In this document: positions 52,532 through 62,401 of the stretch, one piece after another
Numbering within the stretch: position 1 is the first letter of the stretch
Layout: each line of letters starts with the position of its first letter
Source: an uncultured Solirubrobacterales bacterium
GTDB taxonomy: Bacteria; Actinomycetota; Thermoleophilia; Solirubrobacterales; 70-9
Length of the DNA stretch: 64,000 nucleotides
Direction of reading: 5' to 3'
NCBI GenBank assembly: GCA_963752605.1
Contig: CAVVYW010000009.1
Span: forward strand, 3,863-67,862
Notes under the pieces: generated by a model
Databases searched by the model: none
What the model saw: only the letters and a program-made list of their open reading frames with translations
Told to the model about the DNA's origin: nothing
Program-made: the position numbers and the translations under genes

Positions 52532-53900
52532 CTACGCGGCTCGGCGAAGTGGTGGCCGAACTCCCTTGAGTGCCTCCGCCAGAGTTGCGACCGGATGGAG
52601 GCCCTCGATTCGCTCGTCCCCGTTCGGTGGGCCCAGGACGCGGGCGAGCCCGAACTTGCGCGCCTCGGAGACGCGGCGGTCGGCGTGGGCGACGTAGCGG
52701 ATCTCACCGGTGAGGCCGAGCTCGCCGAAGCAGGCGAGCGGCTTGCCGTCCGCCTCGAGCGCCCGTCCGGAGTGGGCCGATGCGACCGCAAGGGCGATCG
52801 CGAGGTCGGCTCCCGGCTCGTCGATCCGCACGCCGCCGGCGACGTTGACGAAGACATCTGCGGACGAGGTCGAGACGCGAGCGTGGCGGGCCAGCACCGC
52901 GAGGACCAGGGCAAGGCGGTTGCGGTCCACCCCGGTCGCGGTCCGGCGCGGATGCTCGACCTCGGTCGGGGCGACCAGGGCCTGGACCTCGACCAGCAGA
53001 GGGCGGGTCCCCTCCATCGAGCAGAGGACGACAGACCCGGGGGCGGGACTGGCGTCCCCCACGAACCGGGCCGACGGGTCCAGGACCTCCACCAGCCCTC
53101 CTTCGCGCATCTCGAACACCCCGACCTCGCTGGTGGCGCCGAAGCGGTTCTTGAGCGCCCGCACGGTGCGGAAGGTCCGCTCCCGCTCGCCCTCGAAATG
53201 GAGCACGCAGTCCACCAGGTGCTCGAGCGCCCTCGGCCCCGCGAGCGATCCCTGCTTGGTGACGTGGCCGATCAAGCAGCATGGTCACGTCGAGCCGCTT
53301 GGCCGCCTCGAGCAGCGCCGAGGTGGCCTCGCGCACCGCGCCGATGCTTCCGGGCGCGGCGTCGCCCACGGCAAGCGCCTGCACGGAGTCGATCACGCAG
53401 GCCGCCGGGCGCTCGGCCTCGATCGCGGCCAGCACGGATGCGAGCGAGGGCTCGGCGAGCATCGGCACCTCGAGCGCCGCCTCACCCAGCCGCTCCGCGC
53501 GCCGTTTGACCTGCGCGGCGGACTCCTCCCCGGAGACATAGAGGGTCTTCGCGCCACTCCCGGCCAGGTTGGCGAGCGCCATCCCGGCCAGGGTGCTCTT
53601 CCCGATCCCAGGCGACCCTCCGAGCAGGACCAGGGAGCCGGGGACGAGCCCGCCGCCGAGGACCCGGTCGAGCTCGGCGATCCCGGTCAGCAGCCGCTCC
53701 GAGCGCTCGGCGCTGACGTCGCGGAGCGGCACCGGGCTCGGAGCCTTCGTCCGGCCTCCCCCGCCTCCCCCACTCGGGCCCCGCGCCGCCGGCGCCTCCT
53801 CCAGCGAGTTCCATGCCCCGCAGCCGCCGCACCGTCCGGACCAGGCGAGCGCGGGCTGTCCGCACTCGGAGCATCGGTACTGGGCTGCCTTCCCGGCCAC
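52532..53900 (-). CDS. radA: DNA repair protein RadA; split by a +1 frameshift at 53273-53277
   Basis: Zinc ribbon CSECGQPALAWSGRCGGCGAWN and Walker A GGSPGIGKST lie in the frame ending ...VTMLL. IGHVTKQGS..., KNRFG and the Lon-like domain lie in the +1 frame. Confidence 0.9.
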
Positions 53901-53986
53901 GGGCCAACACTAGGGGCGAGCCCCGACGGCTCCCGCGTGAACTGCGACCGAAGCGAAACGGCTCAGCTACGGTTTTCGGCCGGGGT

Positions 53987-55453
53987 ATGTTGGGCTCGAG
54001 GCCAATGACCGGCGCCGTGCTGTGCGCAGTGCTGGTGCTCTCCATCGCCGGGTCGGCCCATGGTCAAGCGCCGGAGCCCGACTGCGCGGGACCGGCCGGC
54101 GACCCTGAGCCGGGCACCCCGGCCTGGGAGCAGCGCGAAGCGGAGAACGCCTACTGCGCCACGCAGCGCAACCTCGACACCTCCACCAATCCCGCCTACT
54201 ACGAGGCGCTCGCGGCGCAGACCCGCATCGTGGCGATGGACCCGATGCGCGAGCCTCTCGACTGGGACGGGTCGCGGTTCCGCTTCGAGGAGCTCGCCAT
54301 CCATGACGCGGAGGGCAAGGAGCTCCCGGCGATGCTCTTCCGCCCCTGCGACTCGTCCTGTGCCGCTTTGCCCACTGAGCTCCGGCGGCATGAGCCTCCG
54401 TATCCGGGGGTGGTGATCATGCACGGCGGCGCCGCCAACCAGGAGATGTACCTGTGGGCGGCCGAGGGCCTCGCCGAGGCCGGCTACATGGTGCTCTCGG
54501 TCAACCTCGACGACCGCACCGACGGCGGGCACTACGAGGCGACCAAGGCCGGGCTCGACTGGCTGCTGTCGACGCCGTCGGAGCCGTCGGTGGACGGCAC
54601 CCACAACCCTCACTGGGCCGAGCTCGACGGCGACCGCATCGGGCTGGCGGGGCACTCGGCGGGCGGCGTCGCGGTGAGCCGACTGGGCCAGGAGGACCCC
54701 CGCGTAAAGGCGATCGTCTCCTGGGACCGCGCCCAGTCGGGCCCGATGCCCGAGGACCTGGCGATCCGGACCCCCGCGCTCTTCTTCACCGCCGACTACA
54801 ACTGCCAGCGGGTTCCGGTCTGCCTCCCGGAGCGGCGCGAGTCGCCACCGGATCCGCTCGGCCCAGGCAACAAGGACGAGGACTTCCAGCGGCTTCGAGC
54901 CGCACGGGTGGACACGATGAAGGTCGCGCTCCGTGCGGCCACCCACCTCGACTTCACCCAGTGGAACCCGCTCAACGCGAGCCGCTATGGAGCCGCCACC
55001 GCGTTCCATTACACGCTCGCCTGGTTCGACCGCTACCTCAAGGGGCCGAGGTCCAAGGCGGTCGCGGCCGATGCCCTGCGCCGGCTGACGGCCGCGAGCT
55101 TCGACGAATCGGGCGACGTCCACAACATCAGCACCGGCATCTGGGACCCGGCGACGATGCAGAACGTCCCGATCCGGATCGCCGGCCAGCCCGTGGCGGA
55201 TCGCCTCAGCTTCCACTTCCGCTCGGCGTATTGGCTGGCGCATGGATCGCGTGCATGCGAGAACATTCGCGACGGCTGCACACACGCCAGGGAGCCGCAG
55301 GCCGGCTCCAGCCCTCCCGCCGGGCCCGGCGCTCAGCCGGCGCCGCCGGGAAGGGTCGCAAAGGCGAAGAGGTGCACGCGGAAAAAGGGGTCGCGAGGCC
55401 GGGGGGCTTCACGCACGCCCTGCAAGAGAAAGGGAGGCCGAAGAAGCCGATGA
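53987..55453 (+). CDS. secreted alpha/beta hydrolase with Lys/Arg two-Cys tail
   Basis: ATG at 53987. Has a signal peptide and the GHSAGG nucleophile elbow. The tail is KAKRCTRKKGSRGRGASRTPCKRKGGRRSR. Confidence 0.8.
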   Translation: MLGSRPMTGAVLCAVLVLSIAGSAHGQAPEPDCAGPAGDPEPGTPAWEQREAENAYCATQRNLDTSTNPAYYEALAAQTRIVAMDPMREPLDWDGSRFRFEELAIHDAEGKELPAMLFRPCDSSCAALPTELRRHEPPYPGVVIMHGGAANQEMYLWAAEGLAEAGYMVLSVNLDDRTDGGHYEATKAGLDWLLSTPSEPSVDGTHNPHWAELDGDRIGLAGHSAGGVAVSRLGQEDPRVKAIVSWDRAQSGPMPEDLAIRTPALFFTADYNCQRVPVCLPERRESPPDPLGPGNKDEDFQRLRAARVDTMKVALRAATHLDFTQWNPLNASRYGAATAFHYTLAWFDRYLKGPRSKAVAADALRRLTAASFDESGDVHNISTGIWDPATMQNVPIRIAGQPVADRLSFHFRSAYWLAHGSRACENIRDGCTHAREPQAGSSPPAGPGAQPAPPGRVAKAKRCTRKKGSRGRGASRTPCKRKGGRRSR

Positions 55454-57147
55454 GGAAGGCGCTTGGAGTTGCCGTCACCGCGACCGCGATTGCGCTGGCC
55501 CCTGCGTCAGCGCTCGCGTTCGACCCGGAGCTCGAGGCGAAGAACTTCGCCAAGCTCAGCGAGCGGGTCGCGAACGTCACCGGGAAGCCGGAGTTCCTCC
55601 AGCGCCTTCATCAGCAGAACATCGAGTCGCAGGTCCAGTGGGTGGAGCTGAGGGCGAACGACCCCGAGCGAAACCCCGCCAACGTCTGCGCTCGCCGCTC
55701 ACAGGAGTGCGCGGGTGACATCCGGTTCTACGACTGGCAGGAGAGTGGCTACGGGGTGGCCACCCCGGTGATCTTCACCGCACGCAGCGGCGCCGTCATC
55801 TCCGGGAAGGTCTGGGGGACGGTCGCCGGGCCGCAGAGGCGCCCAGCCATCGTGATCACCACCGGCTCGGTGCAGGCGCCCGAGACGCTCTACTGGGGGC
55901 TGGCGGCCGCCTTCGCCAAGGCCGGCTACATCGTCCTCACCTACGACGTCCAAGGCCAGGGGCAGTCCGACACCTTCGGCGAGGCCCCGGACCAGCAGGA
56001 GGGCGTGCCCTCGCAAGCGGGGCAGCCCTTCTACGACGGCAGCGAGGACGCGCTTGACTTCCTCCTCTCCACCCCCTCTGCCCCATACGACCCGCGGCCG
56101 AGCTGCGGCAACGCCAACGACGGAGTCGCCACCGACCACAGCCCCAAGCACGACCGGCGCGTCGAGGCCGGGCTCGCCGCCGCCTTCAACCCGATGCACG
56201 ACCGCGTCGACGCGGAGCGCATCGGGATCGCCGGGCACTCCCTCGGGGCGAGCGCCGTCTCGTTCGTCGGCCAGCGCGACCCGCGGGTCGATGCGACCGT
56301 CGCCTGGGACAACCTGTCGGCTCCGGGCCAGGGTTTCTCCAGCCTGCCCGACTGCCCCTCCAACCCGGACTCACGGGTCGTGCCGGCGATCTCCAAGCCC
56401 GCCATGGGCATCTCGAACGACTACGGCCTGACGCCGACGCCGTTCACCTCGGACCCCGACCCCGAGGCGAAGACCGCCGCCTTCCAGGCGTATAAGGCGG
56501 CCGGCGTCGACTCGATGCAGGTCAACATCCGCGGCGGCAGCCACTACGAGTCGTCGCTGCTGCCCTGCTGCACGGTTCCGGCCTTCGCCGAGGCGACCTG
56601 GCGGGGCCAGGACTTCGTCCAGTGGTACACGCAGGCGTGGTTCGACAAGTACGTCAAGGGGGGTGATCCGACGGCGGACACACGGCTGCTCACCGACCGG
56701 TGGCGGAACGACACGCTCACCCAGGGCATCGACCAGAACGACGACCCGAACATGTTCTCCTTCTACTACCGGTCCCGGTACGACTTCACCCTGGCCGGCG
56801 GCGGGGCGGCGACCTGTGACGACCTGCGGACCGGCTGCCCTGAGATGGGGCCGGACGGCGGAGCGCCGAACTTCGACTTCGTCGCCTTCGCGAACACCCC
56901 GGATGGCGCGGGCGAGGCCGCCGCACCCGACACCGACGGTGACGGCCTCAGCGATGCCTCCGACTCCTGCCCGACAGTGGCCGGCTCGGCGTCGAACCGC
57001 GGGTGTCCGGATCAGCGCGCCGGCGGCGCCGCCGGGTCACCCGTCCCTCGCTCGAGCTGCGCGGCGCTCCGCAAGAGTCTGAAGCGGGTCAAGGGCCAGC
57101 GGGCCAAGAGGAAGCTCCGCGCGAAGCTGCGGAAGCTGGGCTGCTAG
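55450..57147 (+). CDS. secreted alpha/beta hydrolase paralog with TSP3-like DTDGDGLSD motif and Lys/Arg two-Cys tail
   Basis: The ATG at 55450 overlaps the upstream stop (ATGA). Signal peptide MRKALGVAVTATAIALAPASALA and GHSLG elbow. The tail is SSCAALRKSLKRVKGQRAKRKLRAKLRKLGC. Confidence 0.8.
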   Translation: MRKALGVAVTATAIALAPASALAFDPELEAKNFAKLSERVANVTGKPEFLQRLHQQNIESQVQWVELRANDPERNPANVCARRSQECAGDIRFYDWQESGYGVATPVIFTARSGAVISGKVWGTVAGPQRRPAIVITTGSVQAPETLYWGLAAAFAKAGYIVLTYDVQGQGQSDTFGEAPDQQEGVPSQAGQPFYDGSEDALDFLLSTPSAPYDPRPSCGNANDGVATDHSPKHDRRVEAGLAAAFNPMHDRVDAERIGIAGHSLGASAVSFVGQRDPRVDATVAWDNLSAPGQGFSSLPDCPSNPDSRVVPAISKPAMGISNDYGLTPTPFTSDPDPEAKTAAFQAYKAAGVDSMQVNIRGGSHYESSLLPCCTVPAFAEATWRGQDFVQWYTQAWFDKYVKGGDPTADTRLLTDRWRNDTLTQGIDQNDDPNMFSFYYRSRYDFTLAGGGAATCDDLRTGCPEMGPDGGAPNFDFVAFANTPDGAGEAAAPDTDGDGLSDASDSCPTVAGSASNRGCPDQRAGGAAGSPVPRSSCAALRKSLKRVKGQRAKRKLRAKLRKLGC

Positions 57148-57171
57148 CGGCCGCCTGCAGCCGCGATCTGA

Positions 57172-57609
57172 TTAGCCCGGATTCGTCGGGAACGGCGCTC
57201 CGGCGAAGAACGCGAACCAGACGGCGAACCCGATCAGCGAGATGATCGCGGTCGCCACGAAGAGCCGCTCGATCGGGTCGGTCTCGTTCTGGCCGGGGCG
57301 ATACGGCGTGTCGCGCATGCTCCGATTCCAGGACGCCCGACGCCGCCCCGGCTCCTCGCCGCGCCCGAGCAGCCGGCCGCGCACCCATGACGCGAGCAGC
57401 AGCAGACCCCAGTAGCTGACCAGGATGCCGGTGCCGATGAAGATGGCGACGGAGCCGTTGACCGCCCCAGGCTTGCCGTAGAGCTGCGAGGCCAGGTAGA
57501 TCCAGAGCAGCGGCACCCCGAAGCCGATCAGGCAGGCGCCGAGCAGAGTGAACGCCATCGAGCCGGTGCCCAGCAGCGCTCGTCGGATTGCGTTTATCAC
57601 TGCAGTCAT
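57172..57609 (-). CDS. hypothetical membrane protein
   Basis: 145 aa with 3 predicted TM helices and high GC3. Confidence 0.6.
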   Translation of the reverse strand: MTAVINAIRRALLGTGSMAFTLLGACLIGFGVPLLWIYLASQLYGKPGAVNGSVAIFIGTGILVSYWGLLLLASWVRGRLLGRGEEPGRRRASWNRSMRDTPYRPGQNETDPIERLFVATAIISLIGFAVWFAFFAGAPFPTNPG

Positions 57610-57651
57610 TGCCGTTCCCTGGCGGTCGCGGACTCCGGTCCGTAAGTCAGG

Positions 57652-58122
57652 TTAGCGGCCGGATTTCGACAGGCAGCGACCGCAGCGGCCCACCATCGGC
57701 ACGCGCCTGAACGTCACCTCGTAGCCGTAGCGCTCGCGGATCAGCTCGCGGAAGCCGTCCAGCTCGTGCGGGTCGACGTCGAGGATCCCTCCGCAGCGGT
57801 CGCAGGCGAGGTACTCGCGCTCCCCTAAGCCCGCCGGCACGTATCGCCCCGGGCCCCGGCCCGCCTGGATCTCATGGACCAGATCGTGCTCGGCGAGGAT
57901 CTCGAGGTTGCGGTAGACCGAGGCGAGGTCCAGGCCGATGCTGCCTCCCCCGGGGCCGCGGGAGATCTCCCGCGCCGAGAGCGGCGTGGTCGCGCCCCAG
58001 AGGATTTGCAGGATCAGCCGCCGGGAGGCGGAGGCCCTCAGGCCCCTGCGCTTGAGCACGGCCACCGCCGCGTCGGCGCTTGTGGGATTCGCGATCCCCT
58101 CTCGTCCGTGAGGCCGGGCCAC
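57652..58122 (-). CDS. Fur family transcriptional regulator
   Basis: 156 aa. Winged-helix N-terminus, then CDRCG ... CGRC (two CxxC pairs) in a Fur-like layout. Confidence 0.8.
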   Translation of the reverse strand: MARPHGREGIANPTSADAAVAVLKRRGLRASASRRLILQILWGATTPLSAREISRGPGGGSIGLDLASVYRNLEILAEHDLVHEIQAGRGPGRYVPAGLGEREYLACDRCGGILDVDPHELDGFRELIRERYGYEVTFRRVPMVGRCGRCLSKSGR

Positions 58123-58154
58123 ACCCGTCCTAGCGTTGGCCTCGCCCGGATGGA

Positions 58155-59483
58155 TCAGCCGGCGGGCGCCGAGCGGGCCTCTTTGAGTGCGGCCCGCGCC
58201 TGCGGCCCTTGGATGGGGTTGAACCGCGGGCTTCGCTCCAGTAGCCGGCTCAGGAACGTCTCAGCCCGCTGGGTCTCTCCGGCACGGAGGGAGACGATCC
58301 CCGCGTGGAAGAGGAAATATGGATCGAGCGATCCCAGCCGCATGGCCTCGTGGGAGAAGCGAAGGGCCGCGCCGTCTCGCCCGGCCGCGCTCAGGGTCCA
58401 CGAGTAGGCGTCGGCGGCGCGCACGCTCGGCGTAGCGCGCCAGGCCTGCCTGCCGGCCTCGACCGCCTTGGCAGCGCTGCCGTGGTCGGCCTCGAAGATG
58501 GCGAGCTCGGTGGCGATCCGGACCCCGAAGGAATCCAGCCGCTCGAACGCCGCGGTCGCGGCCGCGTAGGACTCCCTCGCCGCATCGAGATCTCCCGCGG
58601 CCTGCTGGGACTCGCCCAGCAGGATCGCGTGGTCGGGCGCGGGGATCCGCTCCAGGACCGAGCGCTGGAGCGCGATGGCCTGTTCGAGGTTTCCCCTGCC
58701 GGCCTCGATCGCGGCCAGGCCGAGCAGCGCGTCCGGGACGTTCGGATCGCGGGAGAGCACTCCGCGATAGATCCGCTCCGCCTCTGCGTAGTTGCCGCGG
58801 TCGAACTCGAGCTTCCCCAGCAGGGTGTTGGCGAAGCTCGAGCTGTCCGAGTGCTCGCCCGCTGCTGACCCCGCCAGTCTCATGGCCCCAACGGCACCCG
58901 CGACGTCCCCGTGCAGCTCCCGGAAGTAGGAGATCCTCGCGTACGAGGCCAGCTCGGGTCGGCGCACGGCGTAGCGCGCCAGGGTGCGCTCTGCGGCTCC
59001 GTAGCGGCCGAGCTCGACCTGCGCGTCCGCGATCTGCCCGTCGATCTTCGCGACCGAGGGATTGATCTGCTGGGCACGGAGGCTCAGCGCGAGGCCGCGG
59101 TGGAAGTGGTGCCGCGAGAGCTCCAGCTCCGCGAGGCCCGCGGTCGCCGTGAAGTCGTTCGGATCGAGGCTCAGCGCCGCCTCGAACGCCTCCCGGGCCT
59201 TCGGGTAGAAGGCTGGGTCCTCGGTCTCTCCTACCCTGGTCAGGTAGGCGAGCCCAAGGTCGCCGAACACCTGGGGATTAGAGGGCGATTCCCCGATCTG
59301 TCCCTCCAGCTCGGCGATCCGCTCGTCCGTGGTGGCGGTGGCCGCCGGCCCCGAGAGCTCCGTGCCGCCTCCGATCTCGGGTGCGGAGGTCGAGTCGAGA
59401 GCTCGGATGCCTGCCAGCACTGCGACGAAGGTGAGCGCCGCGGCGGCGAACTTGTAGATAAGCGTGTCCCGTGCGAAGTCCAT
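58155..59483 (-). CDS. tetratricopeptide repeat protein with N-terminal TM anchor
   Basis: 442 aa. Many 34-aa TPR-like repeats (A..Y..AL...P....A...LG). Confidence 0.8.
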   Translation of the reverse strand: MDFARDTLIYKFAAAALTFVAVLAGIRALDSTSAPEIGGGTELSGPAATATTDERIAELEGQIGESPSNPQVFGDLGLAYLTRVGETEDPAFYPKAREAFEAALSLDPNDFTATAGLAELELSRHHFHRGLALSLRAQQINPSVAKIDGQIADAQVELGRYGAAERTLARYAVRRPELASYARISYFRELHGDVAGAVGAMRLAGSAAGEHSDSSSFANTLLGKLEFDRGNYAEAERIYRGVLSRDPNVPDALLGLAAIEAGRGNLEQAIALQRSVLERIPAPDHAILLGESQQAAGDLDAARESYAAATAAFERLDSFGVRIATELAIFEADHGSAAKAVEAGRQAWRATPSVRAADAYSWTLSAAGRDGAALRFSHEAMRLGSLDPYFLFHAGIVSLRAGETQRAETFLSRLLERSPRFNPIQGPQARAALKEARSAPAG

Positions 59484-59551
59484 GTGGATCCTCCGTGGCC
59501 GGATCCGTGGGGCCGCCGCCGAGGCGGCGGCCCCTCCGGATCGGTTGCTGG

Positions 59552-61108
59552 CTATGCCGTGGTGGCCCCTCCGGAGCCACGGCCCATGCGATAGGCGACT
59601 GCAGCCAGGATCAGCGCGCCGACTCCGATCAGGACCCAGACCACTCCGCTGGTCCCGTCGTCGTCCTCCTCGGAACCTCCGCCATCGGAGGAGAAGGAGG
59701 GCAGTGTGTCGCTGCCGTCCGCTCCCGCCAGCGCCTTCAGCTGCGAGCCGAGGGCGGCGTCGGGGTTCGCACCCGGCTTCGCCGGTGCCAGGTAGGGGAA
59801 CTCCGTCAGGAACTCGACGTCGTTCTGATTGACGCCGTCTCCCAGCGGGACCTCATTCCCCTGCAGAGCGCCCGCGACCACCTGGAGGTCGATGTCGACC
59901 ACGTCGTCGGTCAGACGACGGCCGTTCGGGTACCCGGCGTTGTCCATGGCCAGCACGCCGAGCCGGTTCGGCTCAGCCGTCGGCGGCACGCCCAGATTGA
60001 GCTTGAGCGTGTCGGTCGCGTTCATGCCGGCCTTGCCCGGGAACGCGTTCAGGTCGGGCACGCCCTGGAGCACCGCCTGGACGATGTCCGTGCGGTTCTT
60101 CTCAGGCGCGTTGACCTGGTCCGGGAACAGGATGTTCAGGACGGCCGCCAGTTCAGGCTGCAACACGTACTTGCCGTAATTGGTGGCGTCGTCCTTGGGC
60201 TCGGTTCGGTTGAACCTGTCCTTCTCGCCCAGCGGGATGATCACCTCGTTGACGAGCGGGTTGCCGAGGCGGGATATCTGCTGATAGCCGCCGCTGCCGC
60301 TGCCATCGGGATTGATCGTCTGCCGCTCGGTCGACGCCCAGACTCCGACGACCGCGTTCGGGGCCATCTGATCCGCGACGGGCTTGCCGTCGACGGTGAC
60401 CTCGGCCTCAGGAACCTGGAGGACGATCGACTGGACGCCGTAGCCGGCGAGGTCGTCCACCCCGCCGCCCTCGTTGCCGAGGCCGGCGCCATCGAGGTTG
60501 ACCGTGTCGAAGACCCGGCCCAATGCCGCGAAGAACGGATCCTCGCGCTGTCCGGCGAAGACCTTTCCGCCATCGGGCAGGTCCTGAACCGCGCCGGCCT
60601 GGACCGCCTCATAGTCCGGGATGGTCTTCGGGCCGACGTTGCTCGGCGGGGTCGAGAGATCCTTCGCGATCACACTCGAGCCGCCCCCGACCTCCTCGCG
60701 GGTGACCGAGTAGGTCTGAACCACGTTGAGGTTCTCGCTGCCCACCGACTCGACGGGCATTCCGTTCGTGTAGAGGAACGAGTTGGGGTTGCGGGTCTTG
60801 GTGTCGAAATCGAACAGGTACCGGATGTCGGCCGCGCCGTCACCCGTGTTGTCGATGTTCAGGTAGTAGTGCGCGTTGTCGTCGAACTTGTAGAAGTTCG
60901 GCCCACCGGCGGGATCCTCGAACGGGACCCAGTTCGACGCGATCGTGATCGCGTCGGGAGCGTCCTCGGCCGTGAAGGCGTAGAGGTCGGTGTCATCACC
61001 GGTTGGGTCGATCGACGTCAGCGGCGCCTCGCGATGCGAGGAGCCGATGCTGAGCGGCACCGCTACGGCCACCGCCGCGAGGGCGGCGGCCACGGTGAGC
61101 TTCTTCAT
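59552..61108 (-). CDS. DUF4331 domain protein, secreted with C-terminal TM anchor
   Basis: AGGAGG lies before the ATG. The signal peptide is followed by SSHREAPLTSIDPTGDDTDLYAF, the hallmark DUF4331 N-terminus. The C-terminus carries a hydrophobic helix. Confidence 0.85.
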   Translation of the reverse strand: MKKLTVAAALAAVAVAVPLSIGSSHREAPLTSIDPTGDDTDLYAFTAEDAPDAITIASNWVPFEDPAGGPNFYKFDDNAHYYLNIDNTGDGAADIRYLFDFDTKTRNPNSFLYTNGMPVESVGSENLNVVQTYSVTREEVGGGSSVIAKDLSTPPSNVGPKTIPDYEAVQAGAVQDLPDGGKVFAGQREDPFFAALGRVFDTVNLDGAGLGNEGGGVDDLAGYGVQSIVLQVPEAEVTVDGKPVADQMAPNAVVGVWASTERQTINPDGSGSGGYQQISRLGNPLVNEVIIPLGEKDRFNRTEPKDDATNYGKYVLQPELAAVLNILFPDQVNAPEKNRTDIVQAVLQGVPDLNAFPGKAGMNATDTLKLNLGVPPTAEPNRLGVLAMDNAGYPNGRRLTDDVVDIDLQVVAGALQGNEVPLGDGVNQNDVEFLTEFPYLAPAKPGANPDAALGSQLKALAGADGSDTLPSFSSDGGGSEEDDDGTSGVVWVLIGVGALILAAVAYRMGRGSGGATTA

Positions 61109-61224
61109 GCTTCCTCCTTGGGGTCGGTCATGGCCCCTGCTACGCCGCCCCGGTCAGGGAGGATCAGAAACCGCTGCAAACCCAGAGATTTCGAGACGGG
61201 TTCGCAGCTGCGAACCCGTCGCAG

Positions 61225-62379
61225 CTAGCGGACGGTGGTCGCCGGGGCCTGGCTCAGGTCGCGCTCGGGGTCGATTCCCCAGCGTCGGCCGGCCTCGACG
61301 AGATTCGGCTCGAGCGCCCAGCGGTCGGGGCGCTCCTCGCCGGTGTGGTCAGGGCTCGCGCCCTTGAGCACCATGCAGCCGGTGTTGTCGCCGAGTGCGC
61401 GGATCTCCGCGACTTCGTCCGCACTGAGCCGCTGGTCGGATGGGAGCGCCTCGAGCTCGGCCCGCTTCTCCTCGATCGGACGCGCGCCCGGGTCGGCCTC
61501 CTGGATCAAGGTCGGGACGACGCACTCCACCGCGTCGTGGGCGAGGTTCCATTGGCAGGCGAGCTGCATGGGCGTGAGCCCGCCCCGCTCCGCGATCGGC
61601 CGGATCCGGTCCAGCTTCGCGCGCCCCTCCGGGATCCAGCCCTCCGGCCGGAACGCCCGGTGGTCGCCCTCGGGCAGCTCGGTGTCCGGGGTGACGTCGT
61701 CCCAGAAGAGGCCACCGTAGTCCACCACCCGGGTGATGACCCGGACGCCGTTCCGGGCCGCCGCCTCCAGGCAGAGCTCGCCGGGCCACGGCTCGAACGG
61801 ATTGAGGATGATCATCGCCCAATCCAGTCGCTCGCCGAAGCGCTCGAAGCACTCGACCAGGTCCAGGGTGAAGCCGTTGGCGGGCCCGGGGGCGATCCCG
61901 ATTGACCCGGTTAGGCCCTGATCGCGGAGCGCGGACATCCCGTCCCAGACCTCCTCGCTCCTATACCCCGTTCGGTCCGGGTTGTGGAGCAGCAGCAGGT
62001 CGAAGTGGTCCTGTCCGAGCCGGGCCAGGCTGCGCTCGGCGGCCATCCGCAAATAGCCGGCGTACTCTCCCGGTTCGCGCAGCCGCGGATCGGTGAAGCG
62101 GGGGAAGCCGCGCGGCCCGTCGCGCTCGCCGTCGTAGAAATCGTGCCCGACGGCCCCGATCAGGCAGAAGCTCCCCCGAGGTGCACCCTCGAGCGCCCTG
62201 CCGAGGATCTGGTCGGCCTCTCCCTGCCCGTAGGCGTCCGCGGTGAGGAAGGTGTCGATTCCCCCGCCGGAGTTGGGCCTCAGGAGCCTGATCAGGCGCT
62301 CCTCGTCGATCGCCTCGCCGAAGCGGAGGAACCGCCCTCCGCTCCAGGTGCCGATCGCCGCTCTGCCGGGGGCCTTCAC
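61225..62379 (-). CDS. aldo/keto reductase
   Basis: 384 aa. The AKR pattern DTADAYG appears here as LTADAYGQGEAD; also LLLHNPD. Confidence 0.85.
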   Translation of the reverse strand: MKAPGRAAIGTWSGGRFLRFGEAIDEERLIRLLRPNSGGGIDTFLTADAYGQGEADQILGRALEGAPRGSFCLIGAVGHDFYDGERDGPRGFPRFTDPRLREPGEYAGYLRMAAERSLARLGQDHFDLLLLHNPDRTGYRSEEVWDGMSALRDQGLTGSIGIAPGPANGFTLDLVECFERFGERLDWAMIILNPFEPWPGELCLEAAARNGVRVITRVVDYGGLFWDDVTPDTELPEGDHRAFRPEGWIPEGRAKLDRIRPIAERGGLTPMQLACQWNLAHDAVECVVPTLIQEADPGARPIEEKRAELEALPSDQRLSADEVAEIRALGDNTGCMVLKGASPDHTGEERPDRWALEPNLVEAGRRWGIDPERDLSQAPATTVR

Positions 62380-62401
62380 GGCCCCGAACGCTAGCGACCG
62401 C

